Positions 12,985-25,703 of a stretch of 64,000 nucleotides of DNA are shown piece after piece; position 1 is the first letter of the stretch; the number at the start of each line of letters is the position of its first letter. The stretch lies in the NCBI RefSeq assembly GCF_006345805.1, contig NC_043007.1:74586001-74650000 (forward strand), given 5' to 3'. The notes beneath the pieces are model-generated. The model had not been told where the DNA came from and ran no database searches. It was given only the letters and a program-made list of their open reading frames with translations. This DNA is from Octopus sinensis (lineage: Eukaryota). A program made the position numbers and the translations under genes.

Positions 12985-13489
12985 ATATATATGCGAGACA
13001 ATCCATCACTGGAACTGTGAAAATCAGTAAAACTTTCCAGAAGTTTATCATTTAAATATATATCAGCATGTCAAGATATGCAACTATATGCATGAGAATG
13101 CATACATAATTCTTACACACACACATACATGCATGTATGGATGCATGCGTGCATGCATACATACATACATACATACATACATACATACATACATACATAC
13201 ATACATACATACATACATACATACATACCCTGTTGTTGATATTAGAAACCGGTTCTTTCTCTATTGGCAAGAACTCTTAAAATAAACTGAATAATGACGA
13301 AGAGCTGATTGTATCTCAGAGTATGACTATCGTCCTGTGTGACCATAATTCTGAAGGTATTGAGATCATTGCTAGGCATTGTTTTTTGACCATGTCTGGT
13401 GTTCACAGTGATATCCATCCTCACATTTTAGAACACGAGAAGTTTCTGCAAGGCATCAATCATAGACCTTATTAGTCTAAAGGTATAAG

Positions 13490-14067
13490 GTGGCGAGCTG
13501 GCAGAAACGTTAGCACGCCGGACGAAATGCTTAGCGGTATTTCGTCTGCGTTACGTTGTGAGTTCAAATTCCGCCGAGGTCGACTTTGCCTTTCATCCTT
13601 TCGGGGTCGATAAATTAAGTACCAGTTACGCATTGGGGTCGATGTAATCGACTTAATACCTATGTCTGTCCTTGTTTGTCCCCTCTGTGTTTAGCCCCTT
13701 GTGGGTAATAAAGAAATAGGTATTTCGTCTGCCGCTACGTTCTGAGTTCAAATTCCGTCGACGTCGACTTTGCCTTTCATCCTTTCGGAGTCGATTAAAT
13801 AAGTACCAGTTATGCACTGGAATCGATATAATCGACTTAATCCGTTTGTCTGTCCTTGTTTGTCCTCTCTGTGTTTAGCCCCTTGTGGGTAGTAAAGAAA
13901 TAGGTATTTCGTCTGTCTTTACGTTCTGAGTTCAAATTCCGCCGAGGTCGACTTTGCATTTCATCCTCTCGGGGTCGATAGATTAAGTACCAGTTGCGTA
14001 CTTGGGTCGATCTAATCGATTGGCTCCCTCCCACAAAATTTCGGGCCTTGTGCCTAGAGTAGAAAAG
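13490..14067 (+). mobile_element. SINE family A multimer (3 full units plus variant tail) with 16-bp TSD
   Basis: ATTAGTCTAAAGGTAT (13471-13486) / ATTAGCCTAAAAGTAT (14068-14083). Confidence 0.9.
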
Positions 14068-14190
14068 ATTAGCCTAAAAGTATGCAAATTAATTTCTCAT
14101 CTTGCTTTTCAAGAATAAAAGTGTCGTTCATACTGTTCCGCTGGAGTTCTGTCAGTAGTAACGATTAACGGCTGCATTGGTTTACCTTAC

Positions 14191-14354
14191 CCAGGTAATA
14201 CGTAAACTATTCACGTCATTTTTATGAGCATGGAGCACCCACTGAATATCAAGGATAATTCCTTCCCTGAGAGTTCGAATATTTGTGTGACGCAGCTGTA
14301 CCAGCTGTTGCTCAACCCTCATGGAAGGAATCTGAAGAAACTTTGGCTTTTCAC
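14191..14354 (-). CDS. Putative internal coding exon of an unidentified gene (GEKPKFLQ...HAHKNDVNSLRITW)
   Basis: 164-nt stop-free segment bounded by TTCTATCAG| acceptor and TGG|GTAAGG donor; non-repetitive; no family recognised. Confidence 0.35.
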
Positions 14355-14818
14355 CTGATAGAACCAAACAATAAACTTACTTTTGGATGTTAAAGTCGGC
14401 ATTTGTATGTGTCAAAAGATAAAGTATTGTTTATTTAAGAGGATAAAATGCGATGAAAAAATATTATATATTAAATAAAAGGTGTAAATGTGAAAGGTCA
14501 ATCTGTTTCAGGCCTCAAGACTCGGATTAACAAGACGGGTAAAACACGAGTGAAAATGTGATAGGTCAGTGAATTTCGTTTAAAAAACGAAAGAGATGAC
14601 GTATAAACCAAGAAAGAACAGAAATAAAGAAAGAAGCGAATGAGATTTAGAGGGGAAAGTACTTAAGATTCAAGCAGTTTAAAATCTATGAGAATATATT
14701 AAGAGTGTCCAGTATTTTATTCATTACTGAACGGACATAGCTGAAACAGGAGCCGTGTGGAATTATTTCTTGCGTATTCTCTATTCTATTATTCCGAATT
14801 ACAAGGAAGGATATTAAA

Positions 14819-15082
14819 ATGTCGACTTATACAAACCGGATAAAATACGCGGGCACTGGTTATGAAGATGAAGTGGAACCTGACAAAAGGGATCATATGA
14901 TTATGAAATATAAATATTTGGCATTTAAGATGGTTATGATTTCAATTTATGTTTCTCTGATATTTGGTACTGCCGTCTTTTTAATGGCTTATTATATATT
15001 CTTGTGGCATCCTGTAAGGGGTAATTACAGTTCCCATCACATCTACATCGATCATCAGAAACCTATTTACCATTCGGAATGA
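14819..15082 (+). CDS. inaF-like: InaF-motif single-pass membrane micro-protein, copy 2 (87 aa)
   Basis: KMVMISIYVSLIFGTAVFLMAYYIFLWHP; same length as copy 1, with mostly conservative substitutions. Confidence 0.8.
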   Translation: MSTYTNRIKYAGTGYEDEVEPDKRDHMIMKYKYLAFKMVMISIYVSLIFGTAVFLMAYYIFLWHPVRGNYSSHHIYIDHQKPIYHSE

Positions 15083-15522
15083 AGCATTTCAGAGGTAACA
15101 CAATTATTTATCTGCTTTTACTGTTGTAGAGTGTCCCAGCATCGGTTATGTAAAATAGATAAAAAAAAAAGTTTACGTTTCAGTACCACATGAAAGGTAA
15201 GGATCTACTAGTAGACAATATATGGAAATTTGTTTAGAGACACGTTATCCTGAATCCGCGAAAGTGACAACGATTCTGTTGATGGTTCAATCTGAACATA
15301 TTTCAATCCATTTGCTATCAAATAACGATCCAAATAGCGATCTACAATTGTATTTATAAAGGTTTTATTTCTATAATGTATTGCATTAATGAAATCAATG
15401 TAAATCGTTTAACTTCGGTTATTTTAGAAATAATTCAGAAATTATTTAGAGGTAATTTTCAGATACTTAGTAACCAAGGAAAGAAGTCATAAAACAGAAT
15501 ATCAAGCAAATTTTATGTAATA

Positions 15523-15544
15523 TCTATATATATAAAACTGAGAA

Positions 15545-15575
<31 letters not shown>

Positions 15576-15750
15576 GCCTATCTGTATGTGTGCATCACTA
15601 AAACTCGAGAACCATCCAACCGATTTCATTCAAATTTTACACATGCACTACTTAGGGTCCATGGAGTGTTGTAGGCCAAAATATTTTCATCTTCTTGCCT
15701 AATTACGAGCCCAGAGCAATCTCTTACATTGTTTTGGTATTACATGTCTA
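15523..15750 (+). mobile_element. Helitron-like non-autonomous element, 5' part
   Basis: A|TCTATATATATAAAACTG start followed by (TG)n, same 5' pattern as the 57716 element. Confidence 0.4.
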
Positions 15751-15938
15751 AAGTGAAACAATAACATCTCTATTGTAATGTGAGATAATTGTTTCATTTT
15801 AAACAGTTTCTCTATTAATAGTGAAACTATATATATATATATATATATATATACATACAAACATACATACATACATACATACATACATACATACATACAT
15901 ACATACATGTATACAAAAATTCCTTAAACATACATACA

Positions 15939-15972
<34 letters not shown>

Positions 15973-16024
15973 CATACATACATACATATATACATACATA
16001 CATACATACATAAGGACCACACGA

Positions 16025-16440
16025 GTTGATATATATGAAAAAAAGTCAAGGTAGAAAATACTAAAATAATTTTATAAAAAAACATTTCAGTACCGGTTTC
16101 AGTCATTGAGACTTTTTCAACTGTAACTATGGAAAACAATTAAATTTTGGAAAAATGAAAAGAAAAGTATTTAAAAGAATATTTGTATAGTATTCAAATA
16201 CAAGGGGCATTTTCTTTGTTTCTTCCTGTCTCAGTCTCTCCTGTTTACTCTATGTAGAGGGAGAATGTGCTGCCGTATTTTTCTAGAACCTTATGACAAA
16301 GACTAATTTCTAGATATCCCATGACTAAGTTAGCAAAGGAGGGGGCCATTCTCGTACCCATCGCAGTCCCCGATTAATGTCGATAGAAATTGTCTTTGAA
16401 GACGAAGTAGTTATTTTCCAGGATGAATTATAGCCCTTCT
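16025..16440 (-). mobile_element. Internally deleted Penelope-like copy (same family as 40190-43175)
   Basis: 16270-16440 matches the RT region at ~42010-42180 (GGCCATTC.TGTACCCATCGCAGTCCCCGATT); 16030-16200 matches the 3' end at ~40190-40350. Confidence 0.8.
16088..16123 (-). ncRNA. Minimal type-I hammerhead ribozyme, U3-A8 core variant
   Basis: CAG-TTGAAAA-AGTC(TCAAT)GACT-GAAA-CCGG-TA-CTG. Confidence 0.7.
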
Positions 16441-16448
16441 ATCATGCA

Positions 16449-16622
16449 TTCTTCTTCTTCTTCTTCTTCTTCTTCTTCTTCTTCTTCTTCTTCTTCTTCT
16501 TCTTCTTCTTCTTCTTCTTCTTCTTCTTCTTCTTCTTCTTCTTCTTCTTCTTCTTTCTTCTTCTTCTTCTTCTTCTTCTTCTTCTTCTTCTTCTTTCTTC
16601 TTCTTCTTCTTCTTCTTCTTCT
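16449..16622. repeat. (TTC)n microsatellite
   Basis: Direct inspection. Confidence 0.95.
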
Positions 16623-18299
16623 TTAAGGAGATAATTAAATGCATTCAATAGTTTTATAAAATATTGAAAATGTTTAAAAAATTATGGTGCACATATAGAT
16701 GAACTAATATCAGTTAACTTCCAAACGTTTGTTAAGCAATTACACGAATGATTGTACCTGAATTTTATTTTCTCTTTACAATTGAGCAAATGGATGTTTC
16801 GTGCCAGAAAATTTTACATCAAAATTTAGCCTTTCTGTGTAAGGTGATGGGTAAGGAGAATTGTTAGGGGAAACGTAAGCTAATCTTAAATGAGATTTTT
16901 AACTGTCTGAATCCATACATGATTGCAAGTATCGTGTACAGATATCATCGGTACATGAACTGTAATGTAAGCTTGAAAGATGCTCCTTTTGAGATGTTGA
17001 TCCAAGACATCGACTATTGGGAATATTCTCATCAGTTCCTTGGCCTTATGGCACAACCTTTTCATTATTAGATGGTTGATATATGCAAAATACTTTGGAG
17101 TACAGTCTGCAGACAAGCAATATCTCGACTTCTCTCAGCAGTAACGGTATACCCTATGAGATGCTAGCACCAAATATGGATTCTTACACAAGGCATAAAA
17201 ATATGATGTATGACGTATAAAAGGGAGCCAGTGTTATGCAAAGTGTTTCTCCTTAGGCAGAGCCAATGCGATTGAGGGAGATCATTGTGATTTCTTTTTA
17301 CAGTTTTTAATGATATTCAGGTTTCCTGTTTATGGATTTGCTGTGATGAAGTGGTGGAAATTACGCAAAATTTACGCTTTACCATCTGTCTCTAGTGCGA
17401 AACATTCAAACGGATGGATATCGCACAGCACAAAACAGGAGTAACTGAAGACGAATTATTATAAACCTCCTCATTATTGCATTGTTGTTCATTTTGCATC
17501 ATTGGATTGTTGACTCATTGATGTAATATTGACAGATTTATCATTTTTGAACTGTGCTTCCATAGTTTTTATTGGAAATTATGAAAACAGCTTCTTATCC
17601 GAATTAAAAAAAAAGTTGTGCCAGGTTTCTAGGTCTTGATACTATAATAGACACATTTTATATATAATCTCTTTGCTTCTCCTTAATGTACCTTTCATTG
17701 TCATTGTGAGATACTGATTTTGGACAATATCTGTGGTTGCTACCATTTTCAAATGATGTTGAATTCTTTTTGGGGGGAATAAATTTTCATGAGATATTCA
17801 TCAAAATCTTGTCTTTGACATTTGTCTCAGGTAGAGCGTACTTCAGTACTTCACTATCAATAATAATAAACTAAGCACTGGAAGGTATAAAGAAGCTCAT
17901 GGCGGAATATTTCCTCCTAATATATTCAGGCCAGACCATTAGTTCAAACGTATGATGCAGTTAAATATTGTCATTTTCCGCAAAAATATTTTCTCGTGGT
18001 AACCTAAACTAACCCCACACCCTTACTGGACAGATCATCGGTCACTCGGACTTGGCCGTTACTTTTAAAATAGCACCAAAAAGTAAACTTTAGCATCAAT
18101 TTGAAATGGAAAGGAAATTTTAAGAATTTCGTTTCCCCATTATGAAAACCCTTACTAAATTTCAATAAAAGTTACTCAAGTTGTGTTCTACACTAACATC
18201 TGTATCAATATTTAAGTCAATTAATCCTCTTTTAGATAATTAGGGTCCTAACCATGTTGAAACACACACCTACACACACATGATGGCTGCCCCCTCGTT

Positions 18300-18780
18300 A
18301 TCGAGTATGGCCATTGCACTAAGCTGTTATTGCACTGTTATTGGTGCTGTGATCGAATGTGACTTTTTAGCCTAGCTAAAGATCTACAATGTCTTGTACA
18401 GAATTGGCAGCTAAAACTTTTTACCGGCAGTGGCCAGCTGTACTTGTAACTGGGCTTCATGTACCTACACACACATACACACGTCCATACATACATGAGA
18501 TGGTTGCAACTCGATTTTGAGCAATGCCATCGAGTGATTGTTCTCTTAAAGCAGCACGGATGTGGCTTTTCCGTCCTGTTAAAGACTGACACTTTTTCTA
18601 CAGAAGTTGCAACGATGAGCGTCCCTTGCAACAGGTGTTTAGAGAGCTTACCACCCACGCTGACACACGCCTTCATTCCATCATATAATTTTTCATTGGG
18701 TGATTTGCTCTTTTAGGCTACGGTGAGGCATAGTATACAGCTCATAATAGAGACATTAAAATATCAAGCGATGCCTGAAG
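18300..18780 (-). mobile_element. RTE-like LINE 3' relic
   Basis: KLYDG......VGG.. and C-terminal C..C.R.CRSLARLKSHIR zinc-finger-like end. Confidence 0.5.
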
Positions 18781-19464
18781 CTTTTTTAAAGTGAGGAAAA
18801 GTCATGTACAGGGCCAACCCTAATATCTAAACAACGTATCTATTTGACCACAAACAAGAACTATACATCACTGGATGCTGACAGAGCCACAAGTGTTACA
18901 TCGGAGTTTTCCTTCTAGAGAAATGTCTAAAAAGACTAGGGGTTCCTCACCTCAAGCTATTGGATGCCCGCTTACTCTACCGAGTTCATCTGATGATTGA
19001 TTCGTTTTGGTTTTCTTCTTGTAGGGTGTCCAACGAAATCCACCCTCTTTACTAAGCAGGCTTGGTAGAGTTTCTGGTTTAGTCACTGATGGCTCGGCTG
19101 TGCAACACATTGTACTAGGTTACATGTTGCCAGTAGCACTAAAAGTAATCTTACATCACAACACACACACACACACACACACACACCACACACACACACA
19201 ATTCATACATACATACATACATACATACATGCATACGTAAATACATACATGCTTGCATACATACATACATACATACATACATACATACATACATACATAC
19301 ATACACACACACAAACACACACACATACACTCACACACATTGTACAATGCCGAGCTTACATATTAATGCAGACATGTACACATAATTTCTTCCATACTGT
19401 AATTAATACTACATGAAAAGGGTCACGAAACGGCTGTAATCTTATGGGAGTCATGTGACTATAA

Positions 19465-21719
19465 CACTGGTCAACAAAATGAAACTTCTTTTGATCATCA
19501 GAGTTGCTGATTGACTTTTCGGGGTTAATTTTTGATGCTGATTACGAATCTGAAGTCCGATTTCCTTTATCAGGTCACATTTTCATGTTAATGATACCTG
19601 CTGTTTTCACTTATAGGATACGTAAAGCATGTTTATATAAAGTATATGGAATACGAGATACAATAATTTCATGGCTTTTTATTGTACAACATTAAAATTA
19701 TTGTGTACAAATAAGTTAGAATACACTCAAACTTAAAAACAACTTTAAATCTTTAGGATTTGGACTTTCTATGGTGTTTTGCCTCAGGTTCATCGCTGTA
19801 TAACATCCAACAGTAGCCAGCTAACATTCCTGCATTCTAAAATCATTGATATCGTTGTTCCATCGATGCAATATCTTGATGAAAGCGTTCCCCTTGCTCG
19901 TCAGACACTGTTCCAAGGTTCTCTGCAAAAAAGTCCAGATGTGAATCAAAGAAATGGACTTTTAGTGACATCCGACAGCCCATTGCAGCGTAGGAGTCTA
20001 GAAGACATTTCACTCCGTTTCTAAACTCTAGAGATCTCCTGTTGCCTAGGAAATTTTGACAGAGCCATTTGAAGGATTCCCAGGCTTTAAGTTCAATCTC
20101 ATCCAGTGCTGTGAGGAAGTGGTTGTCCTTCAGGAGTTCTTTTATCTGCGAACCTATGAATATGCCCTCCTTCAGTTTTGCCTCGGTGATATTTGGAAAT
20201 TTGACCATCACATATTCAAAACCTTTTAAGCTTTTCCTGGCAAGTGTCTTCACGAATTGTTTCATGAGGCCAAGCTTTATGTGAAGAGGGAGAAGAATAT
20301 TCTTCTAAGTTTAAAAGTAGCTTACTCTGGACGCTAGAAACTCCCGGCTCATATGATTTTCGCAAAGGCCACCCTAATTGTACATAGTGCTTGTCAGCTG
20401 CACGACTGTTCCATAGGCATAAAAAGCAACAATGTTTTGTGAACCCAGATTGCATTCCCATCAACATTCCAATCATCTTCAAGTCTCCACATATTTTCCA
20501 GCTGTAGTTTGTATACTTTATGGCATTGAGGAGTACTTGCATGTTTTCATAGCACTCCTTCATGTGCACTGAATGTCATGTGGAAATGGATGGTTTCTTA
20601 TTGTGTAGTAGTACTGCCTTCAGGCCTCTCTTAGATGAATCAATGAATAAGCGCCATTCAGCTGGAACATGCTCTTGGAACAAACAGCGAAATAACTCAT
20701 CAGTGTTATTACTGAAACAAAGTGGTCCATCAACAGAGAAGCATGAACTCACATCCCTATTTCTCTTCCTGAAATGAGTAATACAAACATCTTTCTTAAG
20801 CAGACACTTTTCTTGTAGGCGAGATGTTAATAGTTCAGCTTTATCCTTCGACAATGACAAGTCTCTAACTAAATCATTTAAGTTTCCTTGAGAAAATTTC
20901 TGTGGTACGTCTTGATTTTCAATCATGAAATCTGCATCCACTTCAGTGTCTTCAACAGTAGTAGTATTTTCTTCAGGAAATACATCTTCGTCAGACATTT
21001 TCTGTTGTTATTGGAACAGGAAGATCATCGTTGTTCTGTGGTACTGGTCTTCTTGCTGATTCCAAGTTGGGATACACAATCTTATGCTTGGTCTTTACAG
21101 TAAACCCATATACATTAACGTTGTAGAAATAACAGTCCATGAAATGATCCTTTGGCTCTCTCCATATCATAGGTATTGCAAACGGCATTGCTCCCTTCCT
21201 CTTATTTAGCCAATCCCTTAGTCCATTTGAACAAGCTGAGCAGATGATGTGCGGGGCCCAACTCTTATCTTGATCTCCAAGAGAGCAGGCTAAGTATAAC
21301 TGGTAAATCTTCTTGATTTCCCTTGTGCTAGGACTCTGCTGAGCTTTGGTGGTAAATGAACCACAGACATGACAAAATATATCAGGTCTGTTCTTGCAAT
21401 GCCTTGACATCCTGAGTAGAATTTGATGATGATGATGACTTGACACCTTAAACAGAAAGTAAAATTTATGAAAAGAAAAGATTATGAAAACATAAAATTA
21501 CAAAATGAATACAAATAGTTATAAAACAGAAGTCAGAATTTACCTGTATAAGACGTTTACGTTTAGCGATACTGCTGATGGGAGTTATATACCTCTCTTA
21601 TCTCATCAGAAAAACTGTGCCTGATAGAAGGAAACCGATTACATTTTTGAAATCTGCAAACAAAACTACATATAAAACACCATATAATATCCCTGATGAA
21701 AATTAGCTGTTGACCAGTG
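19465..21719 (-). mobile_element. Full-length decayed Chapaev-like (CMC superfamily) DNA transposon
   Basis: TIRs CACTGGTCAACA / TGTTGACCAGTG with imperfect subterminal repeats; TAA/CAA flanks; frameshifted transposase with N-terminal C..C motifs, WRLFIDSSK, PLHIKLG and SDEQGERFHQDI motifs (family name from recalled motifs). Confidence 0.75.
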
Positions 21720-22299
21720 CAATGTATATTTACCTTACATATATGTATATACGTAGGTACGTACATACATGCACACAGACATATACATACACATAGGGAT
21801 TAACAAAATCAGAAAGAACACGCTAATCACAAGATTACGGATATAAGCTGTCAATGCTGCTGTCAAAATATGTTTATGAGCTTCAGTCAGAGCTGGTTTG
21901 CCATCATTTTGGGAAACGATTTTGAAAAGTTCTTCCGCAAGAAACATTTTAGTCATTTTTACACAAATAATTCGAAAGTTAAAAGAAAACAAAATTGAAA
22001 AACAAATACGCACACAGATGTATTGCATGCGCGCATGTGTGTGTGTGTGTGTGGTGTGTGTGTGTGTATAACGTTTCTGTGAATTGAGAGGGAATTCACT
22101 AAAAGTCAAATTTGAATGAAACGGAAAATAATCAACGTAGTTTAATTAGTTAATTATAACAACGAAAGAAAATGTAGCAACGTTTTCTTTCTTGAAATTA
22201 AATTTCAAACAGAAAATAGATCTTTGGGTTTACCGTGTAAACTGGCTTCTATGGTCTACAAAATTTTTATGTCATTATAATAAAAATAAATAAATGCGC

Positions 22300-22460
22300 C
22301 CTCTTAAAGCCTAGCCAGGCTCATGGGCCCGGTTTCCTGGGTTCAATGGCGTATGTGTTCCCCAGCTGGACGAGACGCCAGTCCATCGCAGCGTTACTCA
22401 TTTATGCCAGCTGAGCGGACTGGAGCAACGTGAAATGAAGTGTTTTGCTCAAGAACACAA
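22300..22460 (-). mobile_element. SINE fragment with a V-domain-like motif
   Basis: CTGCGATGGACTGGCGTCTCGTCCAG on the minus strand; related relic at ~57330-57460. Confidence 0.45.
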
Positions 22461-22759
22461 GTCTGTGATAATTAATAAAACTAAAAATGTGATTTGTGAA
22501 AGTAGTTAAATTGCCCCATTTTTACTTTTAGTGCTTTCCGCGCGTTTCCTTCGAGGTCAATCAGTCATCGCTTATGGACATTCATCAATACACTTATGAG
22601 TCAATTGGCAATTTAACAACACCAAGTACAAACTAAGAAGGAGCTACATGCATTTTCGATATAGCATGCCTTTCATCAGTATTTTTATGGGATGAGAAAT
22701 TACGTCACTATGGTCGAACAAATGCTGTACTTATTTTTTTACATTTGTGTGACATGGGG

Positions 22760-23240
22760 AAAAAAGCATAATTCATCTACCTTGAGGGTCCCCTCATAGC
22801 ATCGAGTCTTTCCATCCGGGATATATCCGTAGGAACCCTACCCGCTTAACCTCTGGCCAGAACCTAATGGCATTTCCTTCAACTCATGCGTCCATCACAT
22901 TCGTCTCGAGTGACAGCCCCAAAGTAAAAGAGGCCAACGCTAGTCATCAATCCGTTCAAATGACCTCACTATCTCTCTCCTCACCTTCTGGCAAGGCTCT
23001 TCCGCTGTTCACAAGACGTTACTAACCCTATACTTCCGGCCCATCTCAGTCCTGTAATCTGAGATGTCAGAACATTGTTGATTTATAGCATAGACCACAT
23101 CTTTATAACTTGCAAATTTTAACCATCGCAGGTCGGATCGTCACCACGCATTTAGTACCCCTACCAATTTTCAGCTCGATCCTAACACGTCTAGTGCCAT
23201 TGAATCCTTACCAAAGCCAAAGTGTGCAAGTTTTTTTCTT
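22760..23240 (-). mobile_element. RTE-like LINE relic
   Basis: GC-richer decayed segment resembling the RTE post-RT region; no intact ORF. Confidence 0.35.
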
Positions 23241-24099
23241 CTTTTATATAGGTAGAAACGTTGTTTCCTTGGTTCTTCCCTCAAACAAATCAACTCATTC
23301 AATTTTCAATGGTTTTGACAACTTTTCAATGCACCGAGATTAATGATTTTAATTTATTTTTGATTTAATAAGAAATTAGTAAATGGACGTGCATTACATG
23401 ACTAGTATAACTGGTGTACACAATACTCACTCACACACAAACACACACACACGCACACACACACACACATACACACAAACACATGTATAAGCGCTCGCGT
23501 GTGTGTTTGTGTTGTTTTGTTTTCCTTATTCATTGAACAACTAAAACCTTTAAATTTTACTGAGGCCTTAATTGTCGTAAACATGTGTTGCATATGAATT
23601 ATGGAGTTACGTTCCTTTTCTTTCTCAAAAAATCCAAGCTTATCCATACGCTGCTCCACACAAGTTAGCACATATCTTGCTGCTCCAGTAATAATAAATA
23701 TAATGCTGAATGTGTTTTCAAACACTTCGCCAATAGTCCGTCCATGTCTTTGTAGCTGCACAAACAGCCAGCGCTATATTGGATGAGATCTCGCGGCAGC
23801 CATTGCTATCTCCAAGACTGGAGCGAGACCTCACCTGCATCCATTTGCCATGTGTGAGATCACAACGAGGTTCGCGATGGAGAAAACTATATGAACGGGA
23901 ACCCGATTCAGACCAACCTCTTTTGGCGCCATTACACAGTAGCATTGGCTGAACATCAACACCGGCAGAGCTTTCTGCCTGTCTATCTCCAGTGGCTATG
24001 CGCCCACTCTGTCGGAGCTTAAAATGGTAGCTGAGAGCAGCACACTTCACCTTACCTGTAAATAAACCAGTTGTAAATAGCAGTGGTACTTGAAGTCTT

Positions 24100-24420
24100 T
24101 TCTCTTCGCCTGCCAAAAGCCTGAACAACATAGAGAACAAGATGAATGATGGAAGGAGATGATATTCCTTTCCCGTGTTATTGACAGTAAAGGAACAGCT
24201 GACTATCACAATGAAACATACTTTTATTGTGCAGAATCATAGTCAAACGCCTTCTTATAATGTAGCCATGCAATCAGCAGACTTTGGTAGTGATACTTCG
24301 CTTCCTTAAGGATAGTTTCGTTAATAAGAAACAGTTCGGAACAGATCATATGCCACCACAATGCGTACTTAACACTGATTCTGGAGGAAAACATTCAAGC
24401 AGTAGATTCAAGTATTCTAT
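24100..24420 (-). mobile_element. R4/Dong-like RT relic
   Basis: LINETILKEAKYHYQSLLIAWLHYKKAFD resembles RT motif LINK.IL......L..AW.DYKKAFD. Confidence 0.5.
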
Positions 24421-25083
24421 GCGCCTGTAATTTTCGGCCACAAGCGTCTCTTAATTTTTATTTACGGGTGTCGTGCGTATAACTATCAGTTGGTCTGCCA
24501 GATCGAGTTCACCGCTCATTGTTCTTTTGATTCGGTTGACGAAGGTTGTCAGATTTACCCCCGGATGATTTTTCCGTCCGGTAATTTTGCAACAACCATC
24601 GGGAGAGTTTCACTGATGATATATATCTTGGAAAAGACTTTTGCGTAATACTTGCTCTGTCGCTCATTTAACTACATTGCATCAACATTGTATTGTTTGT
24701 GTTAATTCCAAATCTCAGGAGAAAACGATCACGGATCATTCTGGTGACGGGATTTTAGAATTTCAGATCATATTTTATGCTGAGATGCATCGCTTATGGA
24801 TTTAATGTAAACTTGCGATTGATAGGTCTATGTTCTAGGAATTTCTAACGATTACGAAATATCTCGCCACCGCTCGTTATTCACGTTTAAGTGCAATTAT
24901 CTTCGTTCCCATAGAGCTAAGATATCGAACCGTAAAGTCGCTGCTGGTGGTTTCTGAATTTATTATTTATTTCGCAGTTAATAATAGTGTCTGATTAGAC
25001 AACATTTTCCCTCAGTCTGTCTCCCTTTTTTAGAGAGAGGTCATCTATTTTGGTGGTATTTTCTCGTTACAGTTAATTATAGT

Positions 25084-25100
25084 TACTGCCATCTGCTGGC
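25084..25100 (-). promoter_or_regulatory. CTCF-like binding motif
   Basis: GCCAGCAGATGGCAGTA matches CCASYAGRKGGCRSY at every position. Confidence 0.45.
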
Positions 25101-25703
25101 GAATAGTAATTGCTACACAGTACAGTAAGACATTCGGTGTCCTCAGTCTGTGCTGGATGTTCTTTTACAATTTTAGTGATCACGGATAACAGCAAGTTGA
25201 TAGGTTTCCTATCATAATCGTTCTTTTATATAGTTGTTTGATGAAACAAATGGCGAAGTTTTGCTTCAATTTTGCTGTTAGCTGGATATCCGAGATATTC
25301 TTCACTCTTTTCTGTTCATAAGCAGCTACCGCTTACCTCTTTAACAACAGTAATCTTGTCTTAGTATTGTTGTTTTTATTGTTGTCGCATCAGTCGGTTC
25401 ACGTACTTCTCAGGAGAGAATCTACTATCGGTTTGTTGCTCTTAAAAGCTAACTTGTATCTGTTTGGCACCAAAATCTGAGTAGCAGGGGTATTTTACAC
25501 CCCTGTACTTCATCTTTTTCAGGCAACCGACCGAGGGATCTTCTCTAGACTTACTTTGTAGAATTTACACAGATCTTGATTGAATTCAAAAGTCCATTGA
25601 ATTTTTTTCTTAGGGTTTCCGTGACCTACTTTAGGTGGTTCCGATTTCTTTATTGCCAAAATGTATAGAGTAACTTATTGCTGTTTCGGCCCAGTCGTTT
25701 GTC

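Noticed and set aside
22630-22690. Minus-strand CTGATGA...CGAAA hammerhead-like motif
   Set aside because: Helix II is poor and helix I cannot form; at best a heavily decayed relic.
23718-24209. 163-aa minus-strand ORF with splice-like sites
   Set aside because: No recognisable domain, overlaps an RT relic, splice sites ambiguous.
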